A DNA stretch of 63,249 bases, filler included, from Hyphochytrium catenoides (GCA_900088475.1; 6 parts of 6 records of this genome joined end to end with filler, not necessarily neighbours in it), one strand, 5' to 3'; shown: positions 51,381 to 63,249, numbered from the whole stretch's first letter. Notes: generated by a model from the sequence alone, not told the origin. Program-made: numbers and translations.

Positions 51381-52429
51381 AGAGAGAGACGAGCGAAGGA
51401 AGACGAAGACCTAAAGGAGCGTTCTGTCTGTATAAGTTTAAGTAAATGTATGGACTCAAGGCCGAGGACGACCTTCTCAAATCTGATTCCTTCTCGGTGA
51501 ATCCGTCACAAGACAGAGCAAGGGATGGGTGTCCTTAGTCTGAAACCTTTTTCTCTATAAAAGTACTAAGATGGGTGGGAGATGCCACACATGAAAGAGA
51601 TAGGATGGAGCTCATCGGTTGCCGCTTCGAAAGGGCAGATAGAGTAACGCCCGTGACCCATTTGGGAAGCTTATCCAGCTATTATCTGTAGGTATGTAGT
51701 CGGGGTGACCCCAAGAGGCAGCCCTGTAGTCCATATCTGATTGCTATTCTCCTGTTCGGTACATCCCAGCGTTGTACACACAGCAAAAGTCTAAGTCTGA
51801 CCACTACTGTTGTAGTTGTTAGTGATCTTACCTTACTACTGCGTCAAGTACAAGTACCGTTTTACAGGTTTCACCTGTTTAATACTTAGGAATTGTGGAA
51901 CTGTTGCCTAGTTTTCTTCCGTCTTCCCCTACCCTAGTCCATACAGTTAGGCAGGCACCATCATCAGGTGAGTCCATGGCTTCAGGGCTTCAGAGCTCAC
52001 GCATCACGGAAGCTTGCACCACCGTCCTCTCAGTTAGCGCTCACAGTCACACCTGCAACGTGTCACTATTCTTGAGATCTGTCTTGTCTTGATCATTGCA
52101 TAATCTCTGTTCTCTCGGGATCTCTTGAATCTTATGGCATGAGATGGAGGACCCTGCGTCGCGCTCCTCTTTGTGATACTTTGGTCATCAGCCGCTGATG
52201 ATGCGTCATAGAGAGATGGGCTGTCAGAACGCTAGCATGGCCATCCGATCCGACTAGATAATAACCCTTCTCATCACAGGTATGGTACCGTGCGTCGCGA
52301 GTGGCAGCGCCAGAGCTTGGGGCCTTTAAGGATGCTGAGCTCTCGCGCTCCTTAGGGTTTATCCTATGTACGCGGTACACTAACGCTGTCAAAGCTGCAT
52401 GCTAATGGTTCAGCAACTCCGCATGGCTA

Positions 52430-52521
52430 AACAGCACTACTGGCGGTCTTGCTTATCCTCTTGACCGACGCTGCTACTTCCTTTGCTTCGTTTCGTTGGC
52501 AAGACCGCCAGTAGTGCTGTT
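52430..52521. repeat. Perfect 23-bp inverted repeat with a 46-nt spacer
   Basis: AACAGCACTACTGGCGGTCTTGC (52430-52452) and its exact reverse complement GCAAGACCGCCAGTAGTGCTGTT (52499-52521). Confidence 0.9.
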
Positions 52522-53134
52522 CGTTTCGTAGAAGCCAGATCGCAGAGGCCTTTCTTCGTTTCGTAGAAGCAAGCCACTAGGGGATACAACGGTGTAGATG
52601 AACTAGAAGGCTCAACAGCCTGTGCACCGGATGGGACTGAATCCCCTGAGTAAGACTGAGTAAGAATAGAAAGACAGGCCCGGAAACACCTCCAGCAGTA
52701 TTATCGGACGTATAGGACCAGCATAAAGAAAGAGGGCTTTGGAATAGGCCGCAGACGGAGAAGAGGACACCGGTTAGTAGAGGTAGGAGACTCTGCCACC
52801 TGCAGGATTTATTCTTGTTTCCGCTAATCCTAAGCCTCGTTCTCTCTCTGGAGTGAGAGTACCCTCCATGAGGAAGATAATAGGTATAGGAGGTGAGAAA
52901 GCTCTCTCCCTATCAACTTTAGGACAACGCAGGTGGTGGCGGTCCGCTACATACAGCTGAAGATCTGGGACACATATTCAAAAAGAAGTGACTAGCTGGG
53001 TTAGATTGATACTATTTATGAGAAATAGGAACTCAAGCAACTGTGGCACAGGCAGGAAGGGAGCCGATGCCTAAGTCTAAGCTATTCTCAGCCCTTATCG
53101 GTCTTTCTGTTCCCCGTCATACTCCTGCTGCCGC

Positions 53135-54103
53135 CTAAGCTCGCAGCCCGCGCTTGGGCATCGTGAAGCCCTTGAACCCACAGTCCACCTCATTGGACCA
53201 GGGACACTTTCCGTCGCTGCCATAAGCAAAGCAGCTAAAGTACCCGTTCTGCTGGATCCAGCAAGGAGGCGCATGAGGCGCGGTGGCCCAGCCATAAGGC
53301 TGATAGTTGGCGATCAGGCATGACCCAGAGCACACGCCAGAGGGTGGCGCCGTGGTAGGTGCAGCGGTGGTAGGATGGACTGGCGTCACTACCGTCCCAG
53401 ACGTCAGACCCGCAGCGCTCTTCTTCTGTCCTTGCCCACTCTTCAGCCAGCATGTCCCTCCATTGTAGCTGCTCCAAGTCCAGGCGGAGCAGCCTGAGAG
53501 CCCCTGGCACGGCTTGCAGCAGTCTTCAGGTGTCTTACCAGGGACATTGCTAAGGTCATCGCCATAGAAGTCCGTGTTTGGCTGGACGAGGCCGCACTGG
53601 CCGCCAGGAGATGACGTCGTTGGAGTGGGAGGCAACAGGGAGCCGGACACTTTGCCTTGAGAGGTCGTGGCAGAGCCGCTNNNNNNNNNNNNNNNNNNNN
53701 NNNNNNNNNNNNNNNNNNNNNNNNNNNNNNNNNNNNNNNNNNNNNNCATGAGGTCATTGCCATAGTAATCCGTGTTCTGCTGCACAAGACCGCACACAGT
53801 GTCGGCTCGTGCCACGGTGCCTGAGGTCTTTCCCGTGGCTGGTGTGATTGTGCCTGTGGAAGCCTTAAGCCAGCAAGTGCCGCCGTTATAGTCACTCCAT
53901 GTCCGTGCGGCGCAGTTGTCTTGTTGGATGCAGAGGTCACAGCACTGGTCCAGCTTTCCTGGCTTGTTGGTGATATCTGCGCCATAGAAGTCTGTGTCTG
54001 CGAGTGACGGATTGCAAGTGGCGGCGGCTGCAAGTTGCATGGCTGCTGCTGCAGCAGTTAGGGTGAGAGTCGCCACCCAGGGGACGGATCGTCTTGCGAC
54101 CAT
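53135..54103 (-). CDS. Secreted PAN/Apple-domain protein (CBEL-like): 3 PAN repeats, a T/P linker and a Cys-rich C-terminal module; contains an N gap
   Basis: Signal peptide; repeats of the form C...DTDFYGxD...CCxxC....CxAWTWSxYNGGTCWLKS; intronless. Confidence 0.9.
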   Translation of the reverse strand: MVARRSVPWVATLTLTAAAAAMQLAAAATCNPSLADTDFYGADITNKPGKLDQCCDLCIQQDNCAARTWSDYNGGTCWLKASTGTITPATGKTSGTVARADTVCGLVQQNTDYYGNDLMXXXXXXXXXXXXXXXXXXXXXXSGSATTSQGKVSGSLLPPTPTTSSPGGQCGLVQPNTDFYGDDLSNVPGKTPEDCCKPCQGLSGCSAWTWSSYNGGTCWLKSGQGQKKSAAGLTSGTVVTPVHPTTAAPTTAPPSGVCSGSCLIANYQPYGWATAPHAPPCWIQQNGYFSCFAYGSDGKCPWSNEVDCGFKGFTMPKRGLRA

Positions 54104-54834
54104 GATTGGCGTGGGGAGATAAAGACTGGTTGGGTTTCGGCGTGGGCTCTTCCCCGTCTGGGTTGTCCTCCAGCTGAGGAGGATAAGCGGTTGGTTCGGA
54201 GGGTTGTCGTTGGCTTGCTCTTGAGCTCGGAAGTTTAAGAATGAAGTCGTTCTTGGAGCTCATCCAGCGGCATAGCTCACCCTGCAGCAGGCCCGCCTTC
54301 CCTCTTTTCCTCCGTCTGTCCTTCTGATGCTTGGTATAGAGCCACACTGCGCCTGCAATATTAAAGCTGCTTGGAGTCACGACTCAGTCGAGGAGGCAGT
54401 AGATCTGACCTCTTGCAGGAGTCCCTTTGCCCGTCTCATGCAGTGGCGTCGTGTCACTGGTGGCAGTGCTCCTCTCGCTGATAAGTTCAGACTCAAGAGA
54501 GCTGCCCTGAAGTGATCTATGAGGAGCCTGTGCTGCTGACCATTGGATTCCTGTCGGCCTCAGCACCGCGGTCACTGGCAGCCAAGGCATCCTTGTGAGC
54601 AAGCCGAGGTGACGTCCCTTGGTGATACCAGAGAATATCAGCGCAGGATCAAGTCTTTGACGCTTGTGATGATTCGAGAGGGAAGGAAGAGGACGAGCCG
54701 TATCCTCTAGAGCTAGGAGAAGAGATGCGCGGAGGCCGAGATTAGCCTCCGCCCACATCCACCAGCAGAGGCCAAGCGAGAGACGGAGAATAACACAGAG
54801 AAAGGGGAAGACGGAAAGGGGAAGAAGAAGACAC

Positions 54835-54868
<34 letters not shown>

Positions 54869-55893
54869 GGAGAGGGNNNNNNNNNNNNNNNNNNNNNNNN
54901 NNNNNNNNNNNNNNNNNNNNNNNNNNNNNNNNNNNNNNNNNNNNNNNNNNNNNAGAGAGAGAGAGAGAGAGAGAGAGAGACAAGGCAGGGGCGGAGTCCA
55001 TCACAAGCCTAATGACAGGATTTCCTTCCCTGATGAAATAATTTCAAATAGCGCCTGGGGTTCCGGCGCCCCTCACCCCATACATATAGGGCTTTACTAT
55101 GGCTATTTAGACAGTGAAGGATGCCTCTCACCTAGGTACATGCCCCCTTAATGATCTGGTCAGCCAATGGCAGGCGACCTACAGCCCCTCACTGGACTCT
55201 GATTGGCTGTTGAGGATGGCCTAAGACCCCGCTCGTCATGTGGCCCTCCCTCTAATATAAAGACTGGCTAACGAGTCTCAAGAGTCCGCCCTCAGTCCTC
55301 CCCCAGGCCACATCACTATCGCTGTGATATTATTCCCAGGGCTAATAAAGGGACCAGGATAATCGCAATGCCCGGGTGACGGCCTCCCGATGCGGAGACG
55401 CAGACAGCGCTGGATACCGCGGGATCCCCGGCATCGCTGACACTGGCACCAGGCCGCCGCCTCCATGGCACCAGCCCCACCTGCAGCCATCGTCCAAATG
55501 CACTTCCGTCCTCCCACTCACAGTGAAGAGATATCCGTCCCTAGATGGTCGACCGCCATGACTAGGAAGGATAGAAGCTGCCTCCGTGGTAGCGATACAT
55601 AGCTATGAAAGGCACAAGGTCTGTCCTGCCAATGATCAAGCCCGAGGTCATGGTTCTCACCAAGGGAAGAGCTACTACCTCCTGGCAGCGGTTATGGAGC
55701 AGGAGGTTGCTCTGGTCGAAAGGACCATGAGGGAGCTAGCGATACGAGTCCTCCTGTCTGCCTCATTATCAAGTTTACGAAGAGTCAGACAAGTCAACTA
55801 AGACAACAACTCAGAACAGACAGACCTTCTACCGCGGCACTTAGGACCGGCCCATACTTCTTCATAAGAGGGAACACCGACGTCTGAGGCAAC

Positions 55894-56355
55894 ATGAATA
55901 TGAAGTTATCCGACATCCTCCTTTCCCTTGCCGTGCTCGGAGCTGCAGCCACCAGCCAGGCAGCCGCCGCCACTTGCAATCCGTCACTCGCAGACACTGA
56001 CTTCTATGGCGCAGATATCACCAACAAGCCAGGAAAGCTGGACCAGTGCTGTGACCTCTGCATCCAACAGGACAACTGCGCCGCATGGACATGGAGTGAC
56101 TATAACGGCGGCACTTGCTGGCTTAAGGCTTCCACAGGCACAGTCACACCAGCCACGGGAAAGACCTCAGGCACCGTGGCACGGGCCGACACTGTGTGCG
56201 GTCTTGTGCAGCAGAACACGGATTACTATGCCAATGACCTCATGAATGTCCCCAGTCAGAAGCCAAACTGCTGTGAGAAGTGTCAGCAAACTACTGGGTG
56301 CAAGGCCTGGACCTGGAGCGACTACAACGGCGGCACATGCTGGCTGAAGAGCGGC
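55894..56355 (+). CDS. Secreted PAN/Apple-domain protein, paralogue of 53135-54103, 3'-truncated by the scaffold end
   Basis: Signal peptide MKLSDILLSLAVLGAAATSQAAA followed by two PAN repeats ending GGTCWLKSG. Confidence 0.9.
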
Positions 56356-56455
56356 NNNNNNNNNNNNNNNNNNNNNNNNNNNNNNNNNNNNNNNNNNNNT
56401 TAATTAATTAANNNNNNNNNNNNNNNNNNNNNNNNNNNNNNNNNNNNNNNNNNNN
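56356..56455. other. Artificial scaffold-joining linker
   Basis: N44-TTAATTAATTAA-N44. Confidence 0.97.
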
Positions 56456-57299
56456 GAGAGAGAGAGAGAGTAGCTGGAGAGAGAGAGAATGTTGCTAACG
56501 AGAGACGGAGAAAGAGGAGTGAAAGAAATTTAGGGAGATGACTACGAGTCAATTGTTCCGAAGATCCCAAGCAACAGAGTAGGAGAAACGACCAAGGAGT
56601 GTCCTGACATCGGCCCCAAAAGGCACCAGGAAGAGAGTATTTTGGTCTGAGATCTTTCTCTCCTTTTACCTGTTTGGTGCCACGGCGTTCCTATTGACGA
56701 CAGCGTTGGGGTAGAATCTGTGTGGGCTAAAGGCCCGAGTGGCCTGTGGCTGTCTGAAGCTTCCCGGGTTATTCATGTTTAGACCCATTGACCTTCCCTG
56801 GAGTTCCTTCTTCGATGCCCGCTTGGCATCCAGTCGGCCTCTCCCTTCTCATTGCTGCTTCATTCCAGGAGGAGCCTTGAGGAGTCACTCTACGTACTCA
56901 TGCCTAACTAGTCCGCTCCCTTCATTACCTAGCAGTGGAGCTGAAGTATGGAGTCAAAAAAGCCGATAACGAAGCTTCAGAATGTGGAGTCTCCATCTGA
57001 ACCAAGAAAACGCTTCAGAGTGGCGGGAACGGCTGAAAACTTCAACCTTTGGCGGGAAAGCCACCTCCACAGGGACGTTAGCGGCTATACCAGATGTGTC
57101 TTCCAAATATAGCACAGCTTATTTCACAATTTATTGAGACTTTTGAAGGTCTATTTGGAATGCACTTATATTATTGCAGAGTTTTGACTCTGGTTCTGAA
57201 AGCTTTGCTGAGCTCCTGCTGCAGCTTTTTTGAAAGACAACAGATCGATCGAGAGGGCAATGGCTGCTTGGAGCTTCGGCTGAGGAAGCTCTTCTCTTT

Positions 57300-57800
57300 A
57301 ACTTGGAATGTGCATGAGGATGCTCGACTACTTGGCAGGTAGCCCCAGCAGTACAGTGGCCCTAGAAGTCAACAATCGTCAGATAGATAGGCATCGTCTT
57401 TCGATGCTGCTGAGACATCAACGTGATCTTGCCGTGGTGGGAACATCACTTGCCAGACGAGCAGCTCGTCCGCAAGAAGCAGTTGATGATCGTCGTGCCA
57501 CTGGGCGTGATCAACCTGGCTCAAGGCTTTCTAGGGCAATGTCATCAACGAACATTGACTTAGCGAGGAGTACTATCTTGATAATACGTCAGCCCGCGGA
57601 GTGCAGGCGATCCCCTAATGTATTCAACTGAACAGTTGCCCTCATGATAGGCTGCCCCTGCAGACTCTCTTTGCGCTTGATTACAGGCAAGCAGGCGACG
57701 TCATAACAGACGGCCTGAAGCGCTTGTATGGGGACCGGGCTGTGCCGTACTCTCCTAACGCTTGTCTTTGAGGCTGGTAGGCACTCAGCAGTGAGATCCT
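57300..57800 (-). mobile_element. Possible decayed non-LTR (LINE) reverse transcriptase relic
   Basis: MFVDDIAL (57532-57555, resembling LFADDIAL) is preceded by RVCRGSLS*GQLFS, resembling GVRQGCPLSPLLFN. Stops and frameshifts are present. Confidence 0.3.
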
Positions 57801-59348
57801 CAAGGAGCTGGGTAAACCTCTTGTCCGCTTCATAGTCTCAACTCAATTGAAACTCTATGTCTACTCGTCTCTGATGGGTTCCAACTCTCCCGTCTTCTTC
57901 TGCTTCGTTATGTAAAGGCTACTTACTCTCTGCTGTCTCCCATTTGTGGGTCTATCTGCAAAGTCCTGGTACAAGTTACTCCGGAGAATTACTCTGCCAA
58001 GAAACTTCTGGGCAATGAGTGCTCTCTCTCTTGGTCTCTTCCTCCCTCTCTTTCTCTGTCTCTCTCTCTCTCTTTCTTTCTCACCCTCTCTTTCTCCCTT
58101 TTTCTGATGCTCTCTTTCTTCCCCTCTTTCTCTTTCTCCCTCTTTCTCTCTTTTTCACTTGGTCTCTTCTTGCTCTCTCTCATGTCTCTCGCTGTCTCCT
58201 GTCTGTTCCTCTGTGTCTCTCTGGCTTACAATCTGACTGACCTGGCGAATAACTCCAATGGCAATTATTCTAAATACGGCTTATAGGATTCCTTAGAATG
58301 GCCAAATGACCTTCAACGGCTAGATAGTCTTTTGAGGGTATTACTATCTGATTCAGTAAGAATTAGGCACAATATCCAATATTACTATCCTCAAGTTGCA
58401 GTGCTGGCCTTCAGGGTGCTTCTGTCTTGTCTATCTAATTGGAATAGAGACGTGGGTCACACATACGTCCTGGCTCCTAAATAACGCAGTCATTTATATA
58501 AGGCCAAAGCAGGCACAAGTATAGCTTCCCAAACCCAGACTCTATCCGGATGATCATGTGTTTAAGGCAACAGCGCGGGCAGAACCTTTCCGCTCAGCTT
58601 CTCATTCCTACACCTTTTCATCTCTCGCCGTCACTCTGTCTAGTAGGATAAAAGATTAGCTATACGAGGAATATATATCTCGCGGATCATCTGTGTCTCC
58701 TCTTCCTGCCTACAGCTGTTTATCTTGTATTTCCTCGGCTGTTATTCTCATCGGATCATTTGCTTCAGGTGGATTCTCCTCTCTTCTCTCTCTCNNNNNN
58801 NNNNNNNNNNNNNNNCTCTCTCTCTCTCTCTCTTTCTCTTTATTTCTCTCTCTCCCGCTGTCTTTTTCTCTCTCTCGCTTTCCCCTGCCTCCTTCTCCTC
58901 CTCTCTGCTACTTACATCCTATCTTCCATCGCATTTGGCATGCATCTCTCTCTCTTGTGTCTGTTCTGTGTCAATATCTTCGTCGCTCTCTCCCTTTGGA
59001 AGCGCAAGTCATTTTGCCTCAGACTTCAGAATCCCAGATCCTACCGAGCCTCTCTATAAGCAATAATCTCTCTCTCTCTTTCTCTTTCCACTTCCCGGAG
59101 CTTTTCTTCTCTACCTCACTCCGGCCGGAAGCTGTGGGAGGAAGAAGATGATCGCAAGCATCTCTCCTCAAGGGCAAGCGCCGGAGAGACGCCTTCAGTA
59201 GGCAAACCTTTCCCAGATGAGCCCACGATAGCGCTCTTGACTGTCTGCCAGCAGTCTCTCTTCCTTCCCTCACTCTCTACCTCTCTCTTTCGGTCTCTCT
59301 CTCTCTTGGATTTACAGCCGCGTCTCCCTCTTCTCTTCCTCTCTTGCC

Positions 59349-60853
59349 ATGAATCTGTTCAAGGCTGTATTGCCACAGAGAAAGAAGAAGACTGCCCGGG
59401 CTTCCAGCGACGTCCGAGTAAAGCAAGTCAAGTTCCGTAAGTCTCTCTCTTTCTCTCTCGCTCTCTCGCTCTGTCTCTCTCTTTCTTTTCCTCCCTCTCC
59501 GTCTGTCTCTCTCTCTCTCTTCTCACTTTCTCTCTCTCTTTCTCTCTCCGTCTGTCTCTCTCTCTCCTTACCCTCACATTATCCTTCTTGGTCGTCTATG
59601 TTCTCCCTCCTTTCGTTGTCTTCCTATTGTTGCTCTTCCGGCCAAGCTTCTTCTCACCTTCTCCCCGTTCGAACCCGTAGAAGAGCAGCGTCAAGGAGAG
59701 GCTGAGGAAGAGGATGAGCCAGGAAGAGAGCAGGAGACATCTCGCGCTCACCGCCGAGAGAAAGAGAGGGAGAGAGAGAGAGACGATCGCTCTCTCTCTC
59801 GGAGCAAAGTCCGGACCTTCCAGCCGACGCATGAGGCTCACTACACCCCCAGGATTGACCACGCCACTGTTATTAAGTATAGGAAGCCCGAGGATCGGAG
59901 CCACCTGACGCACAGCATCGCTCCTAAGGGATCCATTATTAGGCCAAACTATGACGATGCCCTTAGAAGGTCTCTCTCCTTGTTCTTCTCTCTCTCTCTC
60001 TTCTCACTCTTTCACGTTAATTCCCCGCCTCTTCAACCCTCCGCCTCTTACGCTTTGCTGTCTCTCTCTATGTTTGTCTCTTCAGCTTGAATTATCTCCT
60101 TTTCCAGTCATTTCTCCCTCTACTTTCTCTCTTTCCTTTCTCTCTCTCTTTCTCTTGCTCCTTGAGTCCTCTCTTCGGTGGGCAATCTCGTACGCTTTCT
60201 CTCTCTCTCTCTCTCTTCCCCTTGCTCTCTCTTTCTCCCTCCGTCTCTTCTTTCATCGTCCACCCGCCTGCCATCCACGTTCTCTCACTCTCGCCCTTGC
60301 TTTTGGCTCCCTCCTAGGGTCAGCGTCGTTATTTATCAGCACATTAACATGTGCGAGAGAAGACTAAAGACGAGACACGACTCTCTAATCGGCTCGGCTG
60401 GTCTCTCTCCTAAAGAAAACACCGGAACTGCGAAAGAGACAAGCGGACTGGCAATTGGAAGAGGTAAGAAGAGACAAAAGAGGTCGGGACCAAAGACGGA
60501 AGAAGGAGAGACCTAGGATCGAAGGGTGACGGAGAGGAGGGAAAAGGGAGATAAGAGGAAGGAAGAGACAGAGAAAGAGGGAGATCCCCTAGCTGAGAGA
60601 GAGTGAGAAGAGAGAGAGAGAGAGAGAAGTACGACCGTAGCGGAGTACCTTCGTTCACGCTCACTGGCGTATGTGTGTCTCTCTCTCTTCTTGCCAACAA
60701 TTTCTTCCCTGACTCAACCTTCTCTCTTTCTTTGTCTCATGGCCCTTATTCTCTCTCTCCTTTGTCCCTGCTCTCTTTCTCTGCTCTGCTTCTCTCTCTC
60801 TCTCTCTCTCTCTNNNNNNNNNNNNNNNNNNNNNNNNNNNNNNNNNNNNNNNN

Positions 60854-60888
<35 letters not shown>

Positions 60889-61418
60889 CTTTCTCTCTTC
60901 TTTCCTCTTCTGCAGCGTTGCTGGAGGGCGAGGACACGACTCACATGTTTCACGAGGATAACTTCGTGGTCCCTCAGTTCCAATACACGTTCGTCAGGCC
61001 ACCAGCAATGACAGTAGTCACCTATTATAGTATGAAGGTAAGGAGAGCAGTCCAGGATGAGAGAGAAAGAGAGAGAGAGAGAGACGGAGACGGAGAGAGA
61101 GCCAAGGAGAGAGAGAGAGACAGAGGCAGAGAGGGTTAGCATAGGACGGCTTAAAGCTCTAGCAGCGACAAATATGTTCAATAGAGACTGGAGAAAGAGA
61201 GAGAGAGAGGAAAAAGCCTAGGGGAAGAGAGAGAGAGAACGGCGGCGCGAGAGAGAAAGGGACAAGAGGGTGGCAAGAGTGACGGTTGGAGGAAAGATGA
61301 GGAAGCCTCTTTCCGACTGACACTGGTGTCCTTTCATTAGAGAATTCAGCGGGAGTATAAAATCCCTTCCGTGGACGAGATCTACCGCTTTTGTAAACAT
61401 TTGTTCACTAGTGCGCAG
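59349..61418 (+). CDS. Cyclin Y-like protein, first 5 exons, 3'-truncated by the scaffold end
   Basis: Exons splice in frame: ...PNYDDALR|RVSVVIYQHINMCE..., MFHEDNF..., RIQREYKIPSVDEIYRFCKHLFTSAQ. These match cyclin Y VALAIYYHI / IFDE / IYRFVRTLFSAAQL. Confidence 0.8.
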
Positions 61419-61438
61419 GTAGGCGCCCCGCTCTATAC

Positions 61439-61538
61439 NNNNNNNNNNNNNNNNNNNNNNNNNNNNNNNNNNNNNNNNNNNNTTAATTAATTAANNNNNN
61501 NNNNNNNNNNNNNNNNNNNNNNNNNNNNNNNNNNNNNN
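61439..61538. other. Artificial scaffold-joining linker
   Basis: N44-TTAATTAATTAA-N44. Confidence 0.97.
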
Positions 61539-62710
61539 GACGAGGCAGCACTATAGACAAACTTTGATGACACCACTAAAGCGCTAGTTGTTGTCGCTGC
61601 GTCTTCTGTTAAGGAGGAGCACCTCTATCTGCTTCAATCAGTCAACCCTTCACCAGCGCACTCGCCTATCATCATGAGTAGCTGTGCCACTGTGCCACCG
61701 AGGCAGTTGGCTCTCTTGTTCTCATCGTGGTGCTGTTACTGCTCTGCCCGTCCTCCGGGACTGCTTACCTTCTGAGCGCAACACGGGGCCCAGAGCAGGA
61801 GAAACGGCGTAGTGCCACCATGCGGACTGGCTCCTTCTCCTCCTGGTGGAAAGTAAGACCATGGATGATAAGAAGAGGAGGCAGAAGCAGAAGCAATAGG
61901 AAGTGCGAGCTTCCCAAGGCCGCAAAGGATCGTCCTAGCGGCAGTGTCACTGCACTTCCCCTCCCTCTGCCCCCCTGCTCACTGTCCAGCGCACATCGCC
62001 GGTAACGGCCAACATTCAGATGAACGCCTGGAGTAAGATTGGCCCATATAGGTAACCATAAAGGACGATTTAGGGATGGTCAATGGTCAACCCATAGAGT
62101 AGAATGGTACATGGTCTTTATGGTTATTTGGGTTAGCTTGATTGGTTGGTCCTGACACGCCTCCAGAAGATTTCCCCTCCTCCGATCATCAGAACAACTC
62201 CTGCAGTGCACTTGTTGCCTCCTCTCTCTCTCTCTCTCTCTTCCTCTCCCTCTCTCTCTCTGTCCTCCCTCCTCCCTCCTGGTCCGTTGTGTCTTGAACT
62301 CCCTTGGTGTTGTCTGTCTCTCTTGCTCTGCGGCCTTAACGCCTTTTTCAGCCGATCTCCTACATTCTCGCGGCCTCTCGTCTGGCTTGTCTCCGTTAAC
62401 TCATCATCATTTGCCTAAGCAAACTCAGAGCAGCCGGCCGAGAGAGAGAGAGAAAAAGAGAGAGAGAGAGAGAGAGAGAGAGGAAGAGAGCTTCCATCTG
62501 TCTGGACCACTTCTTCCAAGGCAGATTCCCTCTAGCCGTGATGGCCTCTGTACTCATGAGGTGAGCACCTTCACATGCCAACCTCTTCTCACCATCGTAC
62601 ACTTCCCTCCTCGTCCAGTCTTATGGCAACTTGGGGCAGCTACGAATGTCTTCCTCCTTTCTCTCCCCTATGCCTTGCCTCCTCCATCATCGCATTCTCC
62701 TCTGCCGACG

Positions 62711-62764
<54 letters not shown>

Positions 62765-63249
62765 CCTCTCTCTCTCCCTCCCCTCCCACCTCCGCGCTTT
62801 CTCTCTCTGTCTCTGCCTCAATACCTCTCTTTTCAAGGGTGTTCGGAAGGCCCTCGTGCTCCTCTTAGTTGTCTCCTCTCCTTCGCGCTGATCTAACGAC
62901 GAACTCCCCATCCTCCCTTCCTTCTCTGTCTCTTATTTTCTCGGCCAAAATCCATGTCCATCAGACCTGCCGCTCGTCGGCTACTTGGTGGAGCGCACTC
63001 TCTCTCGCGGCAGCTCTCCGGCCGACCAGGGCTGTCGGCCCTGGCTTGTCCCTCTCACAACGCAATCATTAGGGAGAGTAGAAAGAGAGTGAGAAGTCTC
63101 AGGAGCTTCAGCTCCAGGTCAGCCTGCATGCAAGCCTCAGCCTCGCTATATAGCGATGTAGAACAATTATCGTCTTCTTCCACTTCTTCTCCTTCTCTCT
63201 CTTCAACACCTTTCCGCACGCACTACTGCGGGGAGCTTACTTTGAAAGA

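Noticed and set aside
52480-52670. CRISPR-like array or hammerhead ribozyme from the TTCGTTTCGT repeats
   Set aside because: Only 2-3 short irregular copies, no cas genes, eukaryotic context, and no CUGAnGA core paired with the GAAA.
18656-61538. Recurrent TTAATTAATTAA palindrome as a biological repeat, and gene neighbourhoods across it
   Set aside because: It is always centred in exactly 100 nt with 44 Ns on each side, so it is an assembly linker. Genes on different pieces are not known to be linked.
61539-63249. Coding potential in the last scaffold piece (e.g. minus-strand EEREGEEVEEDDN...)
   Set aside because: No recognisable domain or supportable gene model within the window.

Overview
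Eukaryotic nuclear DNA, rich in introns and (AG/CT)n microsatellites, most likely from a stramenopile (my inference from the Slu7, Tim8, cyclin Y and PAN/Apple sequences). The window is not contiguous. It is six scaffold pieces (1-18655, 18756-22962, 23063-50913, 51014-56355, 56456-61438, 61539-63249) joined by artificial 100-nt N44-TTAATTAATTAA-N44 linkers. Manual splicing gives: an intronless PPR protein, a RhoGAP/FAM13-like gene, a small intron-containing HU/IHF-fold gene missed by the ORF track, an SLC35A nucleotide-sugar transporter, a secreted and probably GPI-anchored pectin acetylesterase, the last exon of a probable mL53, Tim8, eIF4G, Slu7, a large acidic low-complexity protein, an ABCC transporter, a head-to-head pair of PAN/Apple (CBEL-like) secreted proteins, and the 5' part of a cyclin Y-like gene. 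There are also several decayed retroelement-like relics. The most notable observations are: (1) an armless, acidic-tailed HU-like protein; (2) a 15-aa helix duplicated with 12 synonymous and 0 replacement differences in an orphan scaffold-like protein; (3) inverted PAN paralogues that are nearly identical but carry unrelated signal peptides; (4) a perfect 23-bp hairpin; (5) a RhoGAP lacking its arginine finger; (6) a Tim8 with only two cysteines. All gene models were built by eye, with no searches run.
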